Below are positions 25,832 through 38,435 of a stretch of DNA of 64,000 nucleotides, piece by piece (within the stretch, counting starts at the first letter, position 1; each line of letters starts with the position of its first letter). Source of the DNA: Selaginella moellendorffii (Eukaryota > Plantae > Lycopodiophyta). The stretch is from positions 2,114,222 through 2,178,221 of the forward strand of contig NW_003314261.1 in NCBI RefSeq assembly GCF_000143415.4. Direction: 5' to 3'. The notes beneath the pieces are model-generated. The model had not been told where the DNA came from, searched no databases, and saw only the letters and a program-made list of their open reading frames with translations. The position numbers were made by a program, and so were the translations under genes.

Positions 25832-26419
25832 CCCTGCACGGATTCCCTGGATTTCCTAGCGAGGAATCGAGTAGCGAGCGGCCTGGCCTCGAAATATCGC
25901 AATGCTGCGCGGCTAGGATGATATTTCGGCGATTCCAGCGCCAGAACGAGGAGAATCTGGCAAACAAGTGGCAAGAACCGAGGGAAACCTGGAGAATCGG
26001 CGCAATGCGGGTGCTGGCCGAGCGCCTTCTCCGTTCTTGGAGCTAGAAACTAGAAAACCCTAGGCCGTGGATGCCTGGCACCATGGAAAGAGCGCTCCTC
26101 TCCCTCTCTCTCATAGGCTAGAGAGTGAATGTATGAAAAGCTTTAGCCTGCCATGCTTCATAGAATATGCGTAGGCATTTTCCGGTGGGTAGACACGTCA
26201 TACTTTACCACCATTCTAACAAACAATGGGTACAGAATCACGATTTTTCTGGATTCCTTGACCGTGTCTTACGGCTCGTAATTGAACAAACTGGTGGTAG
26301 TAGTTTTTGTTTCTTCAGGTGGGATTTAAAATTAACCTGTTTGGTCACTATGTTTTCCTTCACAACATTGTCTTTTTTGGTTTGGTTAAGCAAACCTGTA
26401 TGGTAGTGAATATATTTAG

Positions 26420-27101
26420 AATATGCTTGAATATTTTAGGATATTTTACCATCTAACAGTTGTTATTCATTTAAATTAATCTTGTATTTATAATTTATAA
26501 ACATGATTATAATTTATAAATGTTCTTAAACCATTTTTAATATATTCTTTTTTATTCTACTATCTAATGGTTGATATGCAATAAGATTAATCTTATGTTT
26601 ATAAATTACAAACATGCTTATAATTATAAACTTTATTTGATCAATTGGATTAATAAGCAAGAATAACACTATCATTAAGAAAACCAAGCATTGCTACATG
26701 CAAAACATAGCAAATTTTTCTACCACATAGTATTAAATTAACTAATTTAATGAATAACATTAAATGCATATTTTGGGATATTCTACAATTTAACTGTTGT
26801 TATTCATTTAGATTAACCTTGTATTTATAATTATAAACTTTCTAAACACTTTTTAGTATATTCTAATTTATTCTGCTCTCTAGTGGTTGAAGATTAATTT
26901 GGTGTTTATAAATTATAAAAAAACTTATATTTGATCAATTAGATTAATAAATACTAAATACACTACTATTAAGCAAACAAAGCATTGCTACATGTAATGC
27001 AAAACAAATTATTTTTATTTTAATTTTCAAGAAAATTTCTATATAAATATAAATGTAAAATTAATCTAAATGGTAGAATTTGCTAGAATATCCAAGCATA
27101 T
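26420..27101. mobile_element. AT-rich foldback/MITE-like element with an internal ~330-bp direct duplication
   Basis: ATATGCTTGAATATTTTAGG.. at ~26420 has an imperfect inverted match ending ..TATCCAAGCATAT at ~27101; ~26440-26720 is repeated at ~26770-27010. Confidence 0.5.
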
Positions 27102-27428
27102 TGTGGAATTTTAAAGCAAACAAAAAAAGTAGAAACATTTAATTAATATTCTAAGCTCACAACTATTTAATTAGAAATTTTTTGTCTAAGATTAAACTAA
27201 ATTTTACAATAAACAAGGAATCTCAATTCTCCAATGTCCCACCATATGGAAGTTTTTCTTATCAGAAATTTCTCAAAGAACACTTTAAATCTAAATCATA
27301 AAGAAGCAATATAATTCTATATATATGTAAAAAGTACAATCATGTTTATAATATATAAACACAAGCCCCATCTGAAATATTCCTTTTTAAATTGGTTTTG
27401 CTAATCCTTTAAATTTTTTATTTATTAT

Positions 27429-27928
27429 TTAGATATTATGATTGCAGAGATCAATTTCTTTATCACTATTATCTGTGCTAAGCCAGCTATACACTTCAAA
27501 TATTTTTGAGCCTGATTTCTCTCCAAAAATTTCAATCCAATCAATATACCATTCCCCATTTTTACTAAGTGTGCGTTGTACTATCATTCTACATATTTTA
27601 TCATTCTCAGAAAGACATTCTCCTTCAACATTAAATGTGTCAAGATTGCATCTCTCAAAATCATCCTTTCTCTTGTTATCTAAATTATTAAATGTTAATG
27701 TACGTCCTGAAAAAGAAGAAAATATAACATCTATGTCAGAATCAGTTCCTGCCCCATTTTCACATCCAGTTTTTATAATAATTGAATATTTACACTGTAG
27801 TTATATATAGCAAGTGATTGAAAAAACACAATTGTAGTAAGTAATGTAAATGTTACCTGACATTTGACAACTATAATAAAATAAACATGTAGAAACATCA
27901 ATAACATAAAATATAAGTAGGTTGCCAT
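27429..27928 (-). CDS. Secreted single PLAT/LH2-domain protein (145 aa; exons 27928-27857 and 27794-27429); not in the ORF track
   Basis: Signal peptide MATYLYFMLLMFLHVYFIIVVKCQ, a GT..AG phase-0 intron, then CKYSIIIKTGCENGAGTDS..FERCNLDTF..CRM..WYIDWIEI..FEVYSWL with no stops; TATA-like element ~40 bp upstream. Confidence 0.85.
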
Positions 27929-28876
27929 TAATGTTCTATAAGAAAACGTTTTTAGTTATTTTTCTTTATATATTAACAAAAAAAACTGTTTTATTAAGCC
28001 AAGTGTTAAACATAGAAATATCTTAGTAAAAATTATAGATATATAATTAACATTTTATAATCTACTGTTTTTAAGACTCTTTAATTATTTTAAATTGTTA
28101 CATTAATAAATTAAACTAATAAAATAAATTATAGTACCATTTGAAAAAGTAAAGTATATAAAATAAATTCGGTGTTTTAGGGTAGAATATATAATAATTT
28201 TATACTTGATATTCATACCATATACATATAGTTTATATTATTTTGAAGGCATTATGTGGCATACATAATTTAGTGTAAACTATTATAAAAAATGTAGCAT
28301 ACCTAAATTGGAACTAAACCCCAAGCCCATTGCATTACAAAATGAGTGTCTAATATGTACTTAATATCTTCTACTAACATCAGCTCCCTGTATGAAGCTT
28401 CTACATATAAAATAATATCAAAGTTTGACACAATTTCAATATACTAGTCACTCCTAATGCGAGGAGGTGGGTACCACACCAAATAAAGCAGTATAGAGCT
28501 TGGGCTTAGACTCAAGTTGGGGGGATGGTTCATAGTTGAGTTGAGCTCACAAGTTGAGCTCAATTCAAATAAGTCAACTTAAGTCAATATAGTCAACTAA
28601 GAGTCTTACAAAGGAAATCCAAATTAAACAAATGAAGGTTCTAGCAAACTTTACAATACTTAAATACATAAAGATTTGAGTTAAAAGTTTCTATAAGATT
28701 AAATTATTTAAAAAAGACAAAGTTCATAAGAACCTATCTTCTATAAAGCTATATTATTTTATTATGACTATTGTTACAACTATCATATTTTGATTTGACT
28801 ACTTAATATTTTGAATATTTTTACAGCTGTAAATACTATTCCTTCATTCAAAAGATTTTTTATTGTTTTTGAGAAG

Positions 28877-29125
28877 ATGGGAAGCAAAGAAAATACAAAA
28901 TCTGTGAGTAAAAGTTGTAGTGCAAAGGAATATGAGAATGTTAATTTTGATTCACTATCACAATCTTCATATTACACTTCTAATTTTTATTACCCATTTA
29001 GGAATGTGGAAACCATTATCACAATTGATAAAAATGCTTCTGTTACTTTTAAAACAATAGTCCAGAGCAAGAGAAATGAAAAAATGAACATCACGGCAAA
29101 AAACACCAAGAAATATACTTCATAA
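28877..29125 (+). CDS. Small S/T-rich ORF homologous to 47358-47615 (TE-associated, function unknown)
   Basis: TKSVS..ENVNFDSLSQSSYYT..NASVTFKTIVQSK..TAKNTKK aligns with the ORF at 47358. Confidence 0.45.
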   Translation: MGSKENTKSVSKSCSAKEYENVNFDSLSQSSYYTSNFYYPFRNVETIITIDKNASVTFKTIVQSKRNEKMNITAKNTKKYTS

Positions 29126-29717
29126 AACTTTTTATGACATTTGTAATTTATATATTAATTCATATTAAAAACTCTATTGCCTGCCTATATTGCAATCTTC
29201 TCATCTAATAAGACCAAGGTGTATTTTTGCAATGAATCCTCATTAAAAGTTTTCAGGAGTTGTTTGTGAGTAATAATAAAAGAAATCAAAATCTTTTGAA
29301 AGACTCAAAAGTAATATCACATCAAAGAATCAACTTTATCTATATTTCTAAGACTGAAAGGTAGTATCATATGAGAGAATAGTAATGTGCAACGTGCTCT
29401 ACCACTATAATATGATTTATATTTCCTTGCAATCTATTTCCCTAAACATTTGGCATGTGTAGAAAAGAATACATATGTAGCAAAGTAAGATTTCATCATA
29501 ATGATAGAGCATGTGAAATTCTAGAAGCTCTTATGTTTACAAGAAAGCTATAATTATGAAGCCCCATTTTCAGGATTGACATTTAAAGAATTTAAGTATT
29601 GTTAGTGTCATAATAAATAAACCTCATTCCTGAGACTAAAACTTAATATATAAACTATCTAAAAAAGTTATAGTTATTGTAGTTTCTTTGTTGAGCTCCT
29701 TGGAAGTTTGTATTAAA

Positions 29718-30255
29718 ATGGCTCGAAGGAAAGTCATTGCTACTTGTACTTAACCCCCTAGCATTTCATATCAATCTCCACCTCCATCCCCAAGTTCTAT
29801 TAACATCTTCCACCTTCACCTCCCCATAACAATCTTTTTTCTACTAAGGGCTCTAGTGAAGCTGAATTAGAGCTCCTTATATATGAAATTCTAAATCTTG
29901 CTACTAATGAGGGATTGCTTCCAGTGCTTCAAGAGCAATGCCACATGTTTTTGCAAAATCTTGCTCTTGACATAGCGGGACTACTTGAAAGTATAGAACA
30001 CTATTATAGTTGGTGTCTAATATGCTACTTTTTCTTGGACAAGACAAATGGCTCTATGGGTTTACAAACTTTTCATGAGCATTGTAGGAATTGCCCAAAG
30101 GTGGGTTTAGAAAATGTGCACATGTGGATGTATAATAGATTCAAGAATGAGTTATAGACATATACCCACTACCACTTCATGGTGACCCCTTGGGAAACAC
30201 TACATTAGCTAGTGCAAACTATAGGGTTTTTAGGCCACCCTACAGTGGAATGTAA
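29718..30255 (+). pseudogene. Small C2HC-like Zn-finger gene remnant (second copy at ~49877-50422, minus strand)
   Basis: WC(L/P)ICYFFLDKTNGSMGLQTF.EHCRNCP in both copies; premature stops and indels. Confidence 0.55.
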
Positions 30256-30559
30256 AATCTAGAATTACTTTACTATACTATAGTATTGTCACTATTAAAA
30301 GAAAAAATATAATGAAATGATATTAGTTGTAGGTAACATATCTTGTTCTAGAAGGTGCTATCATATCACATTACAATTGTTTACAAAATGTTGAAAGAGG
30401 AGATGGCAACACATAAGTGCTACAAAGTGATGGTGACAAGTGAGAATGATAATTTGCAATTATGATATCTGACATTGACATCTGACACTTTCACTGACAT
30501 TTGACACTTTCACAAACATCTGACATATAACAAGCTTTTCATTTTATGTAAGGATGCAA

Positions 30560-33500
30560 TTAACTTTCTTCTGCCTCATCATCAACATATTGATTTCTTT
30601 TATGCTTCTTCTTATATTGGTACTATGGGGAAGGTTCACCTTGCATATGTTGAGCCATGGCTTCTACATAGTCAAAGAGACTTCCAAAGCCTCTAATTGT
30701 AGAAACTCCAGGTGATTGTGATCTATAAAATAGAATTAAACATATATTGAAATTTTAATGAACATAATTTACCTCATTGAGGTTGGAGGCAACTCACAAA
30801 ATCTTTTGAGCCGACGTTTGAAGAAATGATGTTCTTCAATAGCAAACACTAATCTATCAGAGTAACGTGCTACCTTCACTATAGAATTGCTACCTACTAT
30901 GCAATCAATCACAACACCATCTGGTGGGCAATAAAGCTCAAGCAAGACTTGCATCACTGATGGCATTCAAAATTGGTACCCTGGAAACATGTTGCAGATC
31001 TGTTCATCCACAAAGTTGGGTATGATGTTAGTGGAACTGTCGTACCTAGGCAAAACACGTGTTGCACATTTGCTATCACGAAACCCATCATGTGTATTTC
31101 TACAAAAGGCATGATAGGTCCATATCATAACCTAGAAAATAAAAATATATAGAAATTAGATAAAAATATAAAATACATATTCACCTTTTTAGGCTTCCCT
31201 TGGATGCCCCTCGTATTGACGCCAATAGAATCCATAATGCACTCAGAAGAGAATGACTTCAAATGAACTTTTGCTGTGCATGTCATAAGCTCATACATCC
31301 AATTGGGGTCGTTCGGTAGGATGAAGACGACATGGCCAACTTCAAGTATTAGTGCTTCAGACAAGAAGAATGCATCACTGTAGCGCATGTGATCATGGGA
31401 TGAGATTTGGATATACTGTCACCGTGGATCCTTGGAACCTTGGGGGATAAATGGGGATAAAATAGCCACTAAGGGCTCTCTCATCAAGCAATTGCCCCTT
31501 TTCCAGTTGGCTTAAGGGGAGAGAGATAAGGTGCGCTACAGTTGGTATCGGAGCAAATGGCACGGGTTCGATTCCCATTGATTAGTGGCTACTTAAAAAG
31601 TATAATATACCCTTGAGCAAGGTATATTCCTACCCCTAAATTTGAAATCGTACGTATTGGGCATCCATGCGTACGTCCTTCCTCTTGTGTGTAGTATCCA
31701 CGGACGAAGGTATCCACCGTGGGACTGCGGTACGGGTGGATGACTAGTTGCCTCACATGGAATAGCTGGTCTACACAATGGAAGGATTGGTAGATTGAGT
31801 GCGGAAATGGAGGTGTTGGTTCCCCTTGGCTCAGTAGAGGTTATTAGTCAATAGTTAATGAGGACATTGACATCATAATTGATAGCGCATGTAATCATGG
31901 GATGAGATTTGGATATACTGTCACCGTGGATCCTTGGAACCTTGGGGGATAAATGGGGATAAAATAGCCACTAAGGGCTCTCTCATCAAACAGTTGCCCC
32001 TTTTCTAGTTGGCTTAAGGGGAGAGAGATAAATTGCGCTACAATCACGCATATGGTTAGGTGTGAGAAAGTTTCAATCCTCAACTTTCACAGCAATATCT
32101 GAAAGACCATTTGGAAAGCCGAAGAGAATGAAGTCTACAACTGGGAGCAAGGGCCTTTGTATCTTTCAGCATCAACGATTGAATTGACACCATATATCTA
32201 TGTTGATGTCATCTTTCGTGAAAGATGTTAACAATCTACTATAGGAGCTAATGAAGATACCCACAATGCCTCGTTGTGCTATTGGGGACACAAGACGGAC
32301 TTATAAAAGAACTAAGTGAATGAAAAAAGCAATAAATAATATGCTACTATCATATGATGTGTTGTTGACGAGAGTTCCTCCAACTCCTCTTCACGAGCAT
32401 CTCGTTGAGTTGGAATGAAATTACTACTAACAGTCATTGCTGCAAAAAACATGTATTACCACCTTTAGTTTGTAGAATTCACTTTTGCTTACCTCGAGAT
32501 CGACATGATATTCTTTGAACCACTTGATCATCATTATTTATTGGTAGAACTTGATCCGAATCTTGGTTATTGATGGTTGAACTAGAGCTTGATCCTGACT
32601 GTCTAGTAGTGGAACACAAACTTGATCTGGAGCTTTTTCATCTTCGTCTCCATTGTTACTTGCATTGCTCTTGTTACTAACATTGACAACTTCCTCATGG
32701 TCTAGTGTAGAGGTCTCCTTCCTTAGGAGCTCCAACTTCTAGGGGATTCTATCTTCCATGTCTTCAAAACTCTTGCAAACATTATTTGGTACATTCCTCC
32801 ATCCCTTACACCCTTTGCAATAAGTCGAGTGCAAATTGGTGCTTCAAATCACATACCTCTATATTGAAGATCTGTAAACAATATATATTTTAAAAAAATG
32901 TCTTGAAAATCATATTATACCTGTAAGCTGCATGTCGCATGAAATAAGGCTAACCATGTTGGCAATCATAAATTGTTGTGCTTGTAGACTTCTTTGGCAA
33001 CCACCCCTCTTCGATCCTTTCCAATGATGTGTTGATGTAGGTGTCAAAAGACATAAATGTGCCATCTAGATTGTCACCAATGTGCAGTGTCAAGAACTTC
33101 TCACCTTCACTTATAGTTTGCGTGATGTAGACAACCCTTCTTATCATGTTCTCAAATAGTTCTGGCAGTTCTTTCTCTTTGTTTATCAAGTAGACATTGA
33201 GGAACTTTTGCTTATATGGAAACTTTGATTTTGCGATATTGTAAATCATGTCATCTAGAGTTTTGTTCATTGCAAAAGTAACATATGCATAATTGAGAAA
33301 AATGAAATGTGATAAGAAACTTACATTCATGAGAAGCAATTTCAGCTATAGTCTCTAGCCACTCCTTTAGTCTATAATTGTTTGCAATGCATACTAGTTT
33401 CTTCAACTTCCAAGACTTTGCATGTTAAATTTTGTGCTCAATTTGTATGAACTCAGCTAAGAGCTCTTCTCAACTCTTCTCCGGATATGCAAGTTTGTAA

Positions 33501-34790
33501 GCATCTTGCTTGACCTTCACCAAAGGCTAAAAACCAAAACAATTTAAAAAGGCTCTTATAAACACAACGAGTATAAAGTTTATTGGGTTGTTGAACCAAG
33601 TTATACCGTCATTTCGAGTGCGTGAGTGCCAAATAAGTGTTGCGAGATCATCACCATAATGTTGGTAGATGTCATCGTTACTCAAGTTTGCCAAAAATCG
33701 AAGTTTCTCGATGTCATGGACAAGGTTTTGCTTTTGAATAGCAAACTGCCCAAGCCTACATTTAAACATGACAAAATAATTTAAAGTGGAGTTGGAGGTA
33801 AAATTATAAAACTTACGTATTGATCTTTTGGCAGGCCAAGATAAGTTTATTGACATCCAAAGGTCCCCTCACGTAGACATGGCCGACTACAATGTTGATA
33901 TTGTAGATAGGATTGTCGATACACTTCATCCAAGCCCCATATTGGTGGCTACTGTTAATAATTTGGAACATTGTCCCCACAAGCTGTTGAGTTTCAGGAT
34001 GTCTGGCAAGCATGTCATCAAATTCTAGGGACTTCCTCCTCGAAATAGGATCCTAGCTATTCACAATCTTGGGTGTGACAGTAACAATCTCCATTGTTCT
34101 TGGCTTGCAAAAAGAGACTAGAAACATACCAATATTTGTCGCAAGGCCATTCTGTTTGAACAAGCTGTATATGTCCAGGTTGACATACTTGGATGTTGTG
34201 TGGACAATGTTCATATGTTGCAAATGGCAAAAGGGGATTTCTCTGATCAAGTCACAAGGGCTTGGTCACTTGAGTGCCTCAAATGTTTGGTGAATTGCTT
34301 TTTCCCTTGTCCACATAACAATCTCTTGGAAGCATTTGTCCACCATATTTTCAGGAAGGTCTGCAACTCTTTCAACTCTAAGGTGTTCCTTAGGTTCCCT
34401 ATCATGAACATCACTAGATTGCCCAACTTCAGGGATTTGTGCTGGTGGTGGGCTAGTGAGGAGTAAAGGTGGAGGTGGCAATGGTGATGGTGGGGGTGGT
34501 GGTGGTGGTGGCAGGGGTGGAGGCAATAGTGGCAGTGGTGGTGGCAATAGTGGCGGTGGCGGTGGTGGTGACGATGGTGGAGGTGGTGATGGTGGTGGTA
34601 TTGGCGGTGGTGGAAGTAGTGATGGCAGAGGTGATGGTGGTGGAGGAGGTGGATCTCTAAGTAAATGTGTCTCTATTGATGTGCCAATAGATATGTCAAT
34701 GGTTATGTCATCATTAGTGCCAAATTGAACTTCTCATATATTCTTGGCTGCAACAACCTTTTTATGTGGTACAATTTTCCTTTTTTGCAA
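30560..34790 (-). pseudogene. ParB/Srx-like + beta-class N4C/N6A DNA-methyltransferase-like gene 1 (multi-exon, decayed, split by a TRIM; start approximate)
   Basis: Poly-Pro N-terminus; MFQIINSSHQYGAW (each change is G>A from DGSHR); VVDFILFGFPNG (motif IV-like); LLELYCPPDGVVIDCIVGSNSIVKVARYSDRLVFAIE (motif X/I/II-like); ends YVDDEAEES*. Confidence 0.62.
31379..32042 (+). mobile_element. TRIM (terminal-repeat retrotransposon in miniature), 664 bp
   Basis: LTRs 31379-31540 and ~31880-32042 (TGTAGCGCA...TGCGCTACA); PBS TGGTATCGGAGC after the 5' LTR; 5-bp TSD ATCAC at 31374-31378 and 32043-32047; no gag/pol. Confidence 0.92.
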
Positions 34791-34859
34791 GAGAAAAGTT
34801 TTTGTTAGTGAAACTAAATAAAGATAATAAGAAATTCAAATAGTCAAAGAGAAAAAAAA

Positions 34860-35470
34860 AATTAAATGGGCCCAAACTCCACCTTAGGCACTTTGGTTGC
34901 TTAGGAGGCCAAGGTTATTTAAATAACCTTGGCCCCTCCAGCCCCTAAAGTGCCCGAGGTCGAGCTCAGACGGCCACCAAAGTGCTCGAGGTGGCCGACC
35001 CAAGCTTGACCTCAGGCACTTTAGGGGCCGAGGTTATTTGAATAACCTCCGCCCCTTGGGCAACCAAAGTGCCCAAGGTGGCCAGCCTATGCTCAACCTT
35101 GGGCAGTTTGGCTGCCTGAGGGGTCGAGGTTATTCAAATAACCTCAGCCCCTTGGGCAACTAAAGTGCCCAAGGTGGCCAGCCCGGGCTCGACCTTAGGT
35201 AGTTTGGCCATCTAAGGGGCTAAGGTTATTTAAATAACCTCGGCCCTTCGGGCAGCCAAACTACCTAAGGTGGTTGGCCCGAGCTTGACCTCGGGCAATT
35301 TGGCCACCCATGGGGCCAAGGTTATTTGAATAACCTTGGCCCCTTGGGCAGCCAAACTGCCTGAGGTGGCCAGCCTGCGCTTGACCTTGGGTAGTTTGGC
35401 CACCCAAGTGGCCGAGGTTATCAAATAACCTCGGCCCCTTAGGTGGCCAAACTGCCAAAGGTGGCTAGCC
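34860..35470. repeat. Array of six ~96-bp units, each built from palindromes (core GGCCRAGGTTATTTAAATAACCTYGGCC)
   Basis: Cores at ~34907, 35025, 35120, 35216, 35312, 35409, separated by a second imperfect inverted repeat. Confidence 0.9.
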
Positions 35471-35584
35471 CTAAAGAAGCAATCAAGAGAGAAGCAAGAA
35501 GAAAAAAATGGAAGTGGAAGCAATCAAATTGAAATTCACCCTTGGTGGCATCTTTCCTTCCCAATTTCTTGATTGTGCTGAATT

Positions 35585-35785
35585 TCTCATGCGCTCAATC
35601 TCTCCCGCTCACGTGCTCAATCTCTCCCGCTCATGCGCTCAATCTCTTTCACTCGCGCGCTCAATCTCTCGATCTCTCGCACACTCAATTTTTCGATCTC
35701 TTGCGCGCTCAATCACTCGAGCTCTTGCGCACTCAATCCCTTGATCTCCTTCGCGCTCAATCCCTTGATCTCTCATGCACTCCAC
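35585..35785. repeat. Minisatellite, ~20-24 bp units (CGCGCTCAATCTCTCGATCTCT-like)
   Basis: About nine imperfect copies, followed by CCCTAA repeats. Confidence 0.8.
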
Positions 35786-36610
35786 TCATGGTGCAAACAG
35801 TAACCTAATCTTGGCAGCTACCCTAACCCTAATCCTGACAGCTGCCCTAACCCTAACCAATCTCTCATCCTGGCCATTCATTCCGAATAACCTAAATCTC
35901 AACCATCACAATATCTTTGATCTTATTTTATCTTATCGTTATTATTATATGTGAATTATGCTTCTTTATTTTATATATTTTAATGATGATATAACTAGCA
36001 CCTATCAACTTTTTTGTTATTAGAGATATGATATTATTTTTTACAAATTATCTAGAAAGGATGCATTCTCATCAATATTTTGTACATATTTTGGAATCAT
36101 TACAAGAACTTTAAAGAGTATAAATAAGGCACATTAAAATATATTGTACTATATCAATCTATGAATGGATGAATCCTCATCCAGAAATTTATTTTGTGTT
36201 GTATTAGATCCTAAACAAGAGGCACATGCTTTAAATATCATTGAGCAGTATTCACAATTATAGATAAAACTTGAGTTGTACTACAAATCAAATCTATCAT
36301 TAAAGAATAAGATTTGACAAGATTTATTATCATCTACCACTTAAAATTTGACAACTTAACATATCACACGTGCTGATAGTTAGATTGGATCTCTTGGTTT
36401 GACACGCTATAGCAGAATGTCATTACTATATCATTATTAACTATCAAACTTGACGTGTTGAAAATCCTTCCTTGGATCTATGTGTATACATGCATCAAAC
36501 ATCATAATAGATGACAATAATATTAATACTGTCACATTTGCACATGTTAAATTTGCTATAGAATTTAAATTCATTTTGTACATTATTGATATTCTTGTTA
36601 TTGCTCTATT

Positions 36611-37858
36611 TTCAACGCAATAGCGGGTGGGTCACCTGCTTCCGACTCCAAGGGCAAATGCGTTGTCGAGTACAACTGCGGCGGACTATTCTTTCGAGCC
36701 GCACTACTCAAGGGTGTCCCGTGTGTTGCGGTGACAAACTCCATTGAAGAGGTGACTTCAATGGAGCATATAATTACAGTTGGCAAAGAAAAATAGTATC
36801 TTCTCTGCGAACCTAGTGAGTACGCACTTTAAGTTTAAATGTTATCTCACAAGCTCTGTATGCAAGAGCGTGGCCACCCCTAGATGCTGAAACAGCATTA
36901 ACAGCTACTGTTGAAGATACCCATGTTGGGCCGAGCTCACAACCTGCACAAGGTAAGGTCACGTGAGGCCTCACGCCATTTTGATTATAGATCGTTGTGA
37001 ATATTCAGACACGAGGACTGAAAAGCGCACTGGTGGCACGTCAAAGAAGGACAAACAGACAAGCAATAGGAAAAAAGGAGGTACAAATTATATTTGCAAT
37101 GGCGTGTGGTCTCATGCCATTCCTTGCAGGAGACACTTCTTCAAAGGCAAAACAAGCAAGCACCAGCCAAGCTCAAACTGACAGTGGTCATAAAAAGCGA
37201 AAGCACGTTGGACAGTCGTCGGGATCAAAGGCGTTTGATTCGAAAAGGAAGAAGGGCAACGAAAAGATGATAGGTAATGCCTCGCGGTTATGGTGTGTGT
37301 GCTCATGCCATTCATTGCAGATCAAGGGTTGAGTGAAAGCAGCCAGTCACCACCTCCTGACTCAGATTCCTATGGCAGACTCCCCTTCCCCAATCTCAAT
37401 GGAGAGGTACAATAGATGAGGGATGCTTTTCAAGTCAGGGCCACGTTTTTCTCATCTCATCGTCTTCGAAGGGTGCAAGAACGTGCAGAAACCATGTTAA
37501 GACAGTCGGGTGAGGATACGGTCCTAGGTCACGCACTAAAACAGGCTATGGATGTCTTGTATTTTGAGATGGAGACTCGGCCAGATGATTTTCCCAAGAT
37601 GGTTCTGGAAGAACAAGCCATCCAGCCTGAGCAGCCTATGGAAGAAATGCAGGAGGGGGATGAGGAGCCAGAGAAAGATAATGAGCAGGAAGAGCAGAAG
37701 GACGAAGAGGAGGACAAAGAAGAGGAGGACGAAGAGGACTTGGATGGTCCTCACAATGGTGACGATCACAATAACAACGACGACGATGATGACGACGATG
37801 GCCAGCCTGAGGTGGCCAAAGAGCAGCGGAGGAAGGTCATACAAGACAAACCATCAGG
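36611..37858 (+). pseudogene. Inverted 3' portion of ParB-MTase-like gene 2 (motif I-like region, short exons, acidic tail)
   Basis: FNAIAGGSPASDSKGKCVVEYNCGGLFFRAALLKGVPCVAV continues ..MLSWVF of the minus-strand ORF ending at 38434; its introns carry the same 22-bp palindrome. Confidence 0.6.
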
Positions 37859-37869
37859 TAAATAATAGT

Positions 37870-38435
37870 ACATCCATTCCACCATGCTTCCCTGCAAATT
37901 CACGCCCTCATGAACGGAAGCTAAGAGCTGCGGTTGCTTACAATCCACCACGCTTCCCTGCAAGTTCACGCCCTCGTGAACGGAAACTAAGAGCCGCAAC
38001 TCTTTTGACACCCTACCCTTCGGATTGAGCCCAGCGAGAGTAAATTAGACCTGCCAGATATCAATCAACATATCAATCAACTTGTGGTGTGATTCCCCTA
38101 GCCAATCAACAGAGTCGGACTTGAGACCACTTTGATACCAAATGTAAGCTCCTGAGTTTGGACTTCCCAAGAGGTCACCTAGCTTAATACTATTCAAACC
38201 CAAGGACATTTAACCCCAAATATCCAGACCCTTAATCAATTGGAAAAGGGGATGCACTCTTGTTCATGAGCTTTTTCCTTCTATATTTGAATCCCTATGG
38301 ATTTTCTCTCAAATTGTTCCCTTTGGTTGTTTACAGAAAATGAAGAAGAAACCTCTCCATCCTTCTCAATAGATTTTTGAGTTCTCTCTCTTTATGCTAC
38401 TTATAAAAATCCATAGTGAAACATAATTGAAATTT
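37870..38435 (-). mobile_element. LTR-retrotransposon fragment (leader, PBS, partial LTR)
   Basis: Reverse PBS CTTTGATACCA at ~38130 abutting TGTAAG..; short tandem duplication at 37880-38000. Confidence 0.5.

Noticed and set aside
27442-27810. Plus-strand 122-aa ORF in the track
   Set aside because: Antisense shadow of PLAT exon 2
31379-32042. Cassandra-type TRIM with 5S rRNA, or coding duplicates (ORFs at 31393 and 31895)
   Set aside because: No recognisable 5S sequence; the duplicate ORFs are just the two LTRs read antisense
34860-35470. CRISPR-like array (palindromic repeats at regular spacing)
   Set aside because: Spacers are copies of one another, there are no cas genes, and the context is eukaryotic and intron-rich
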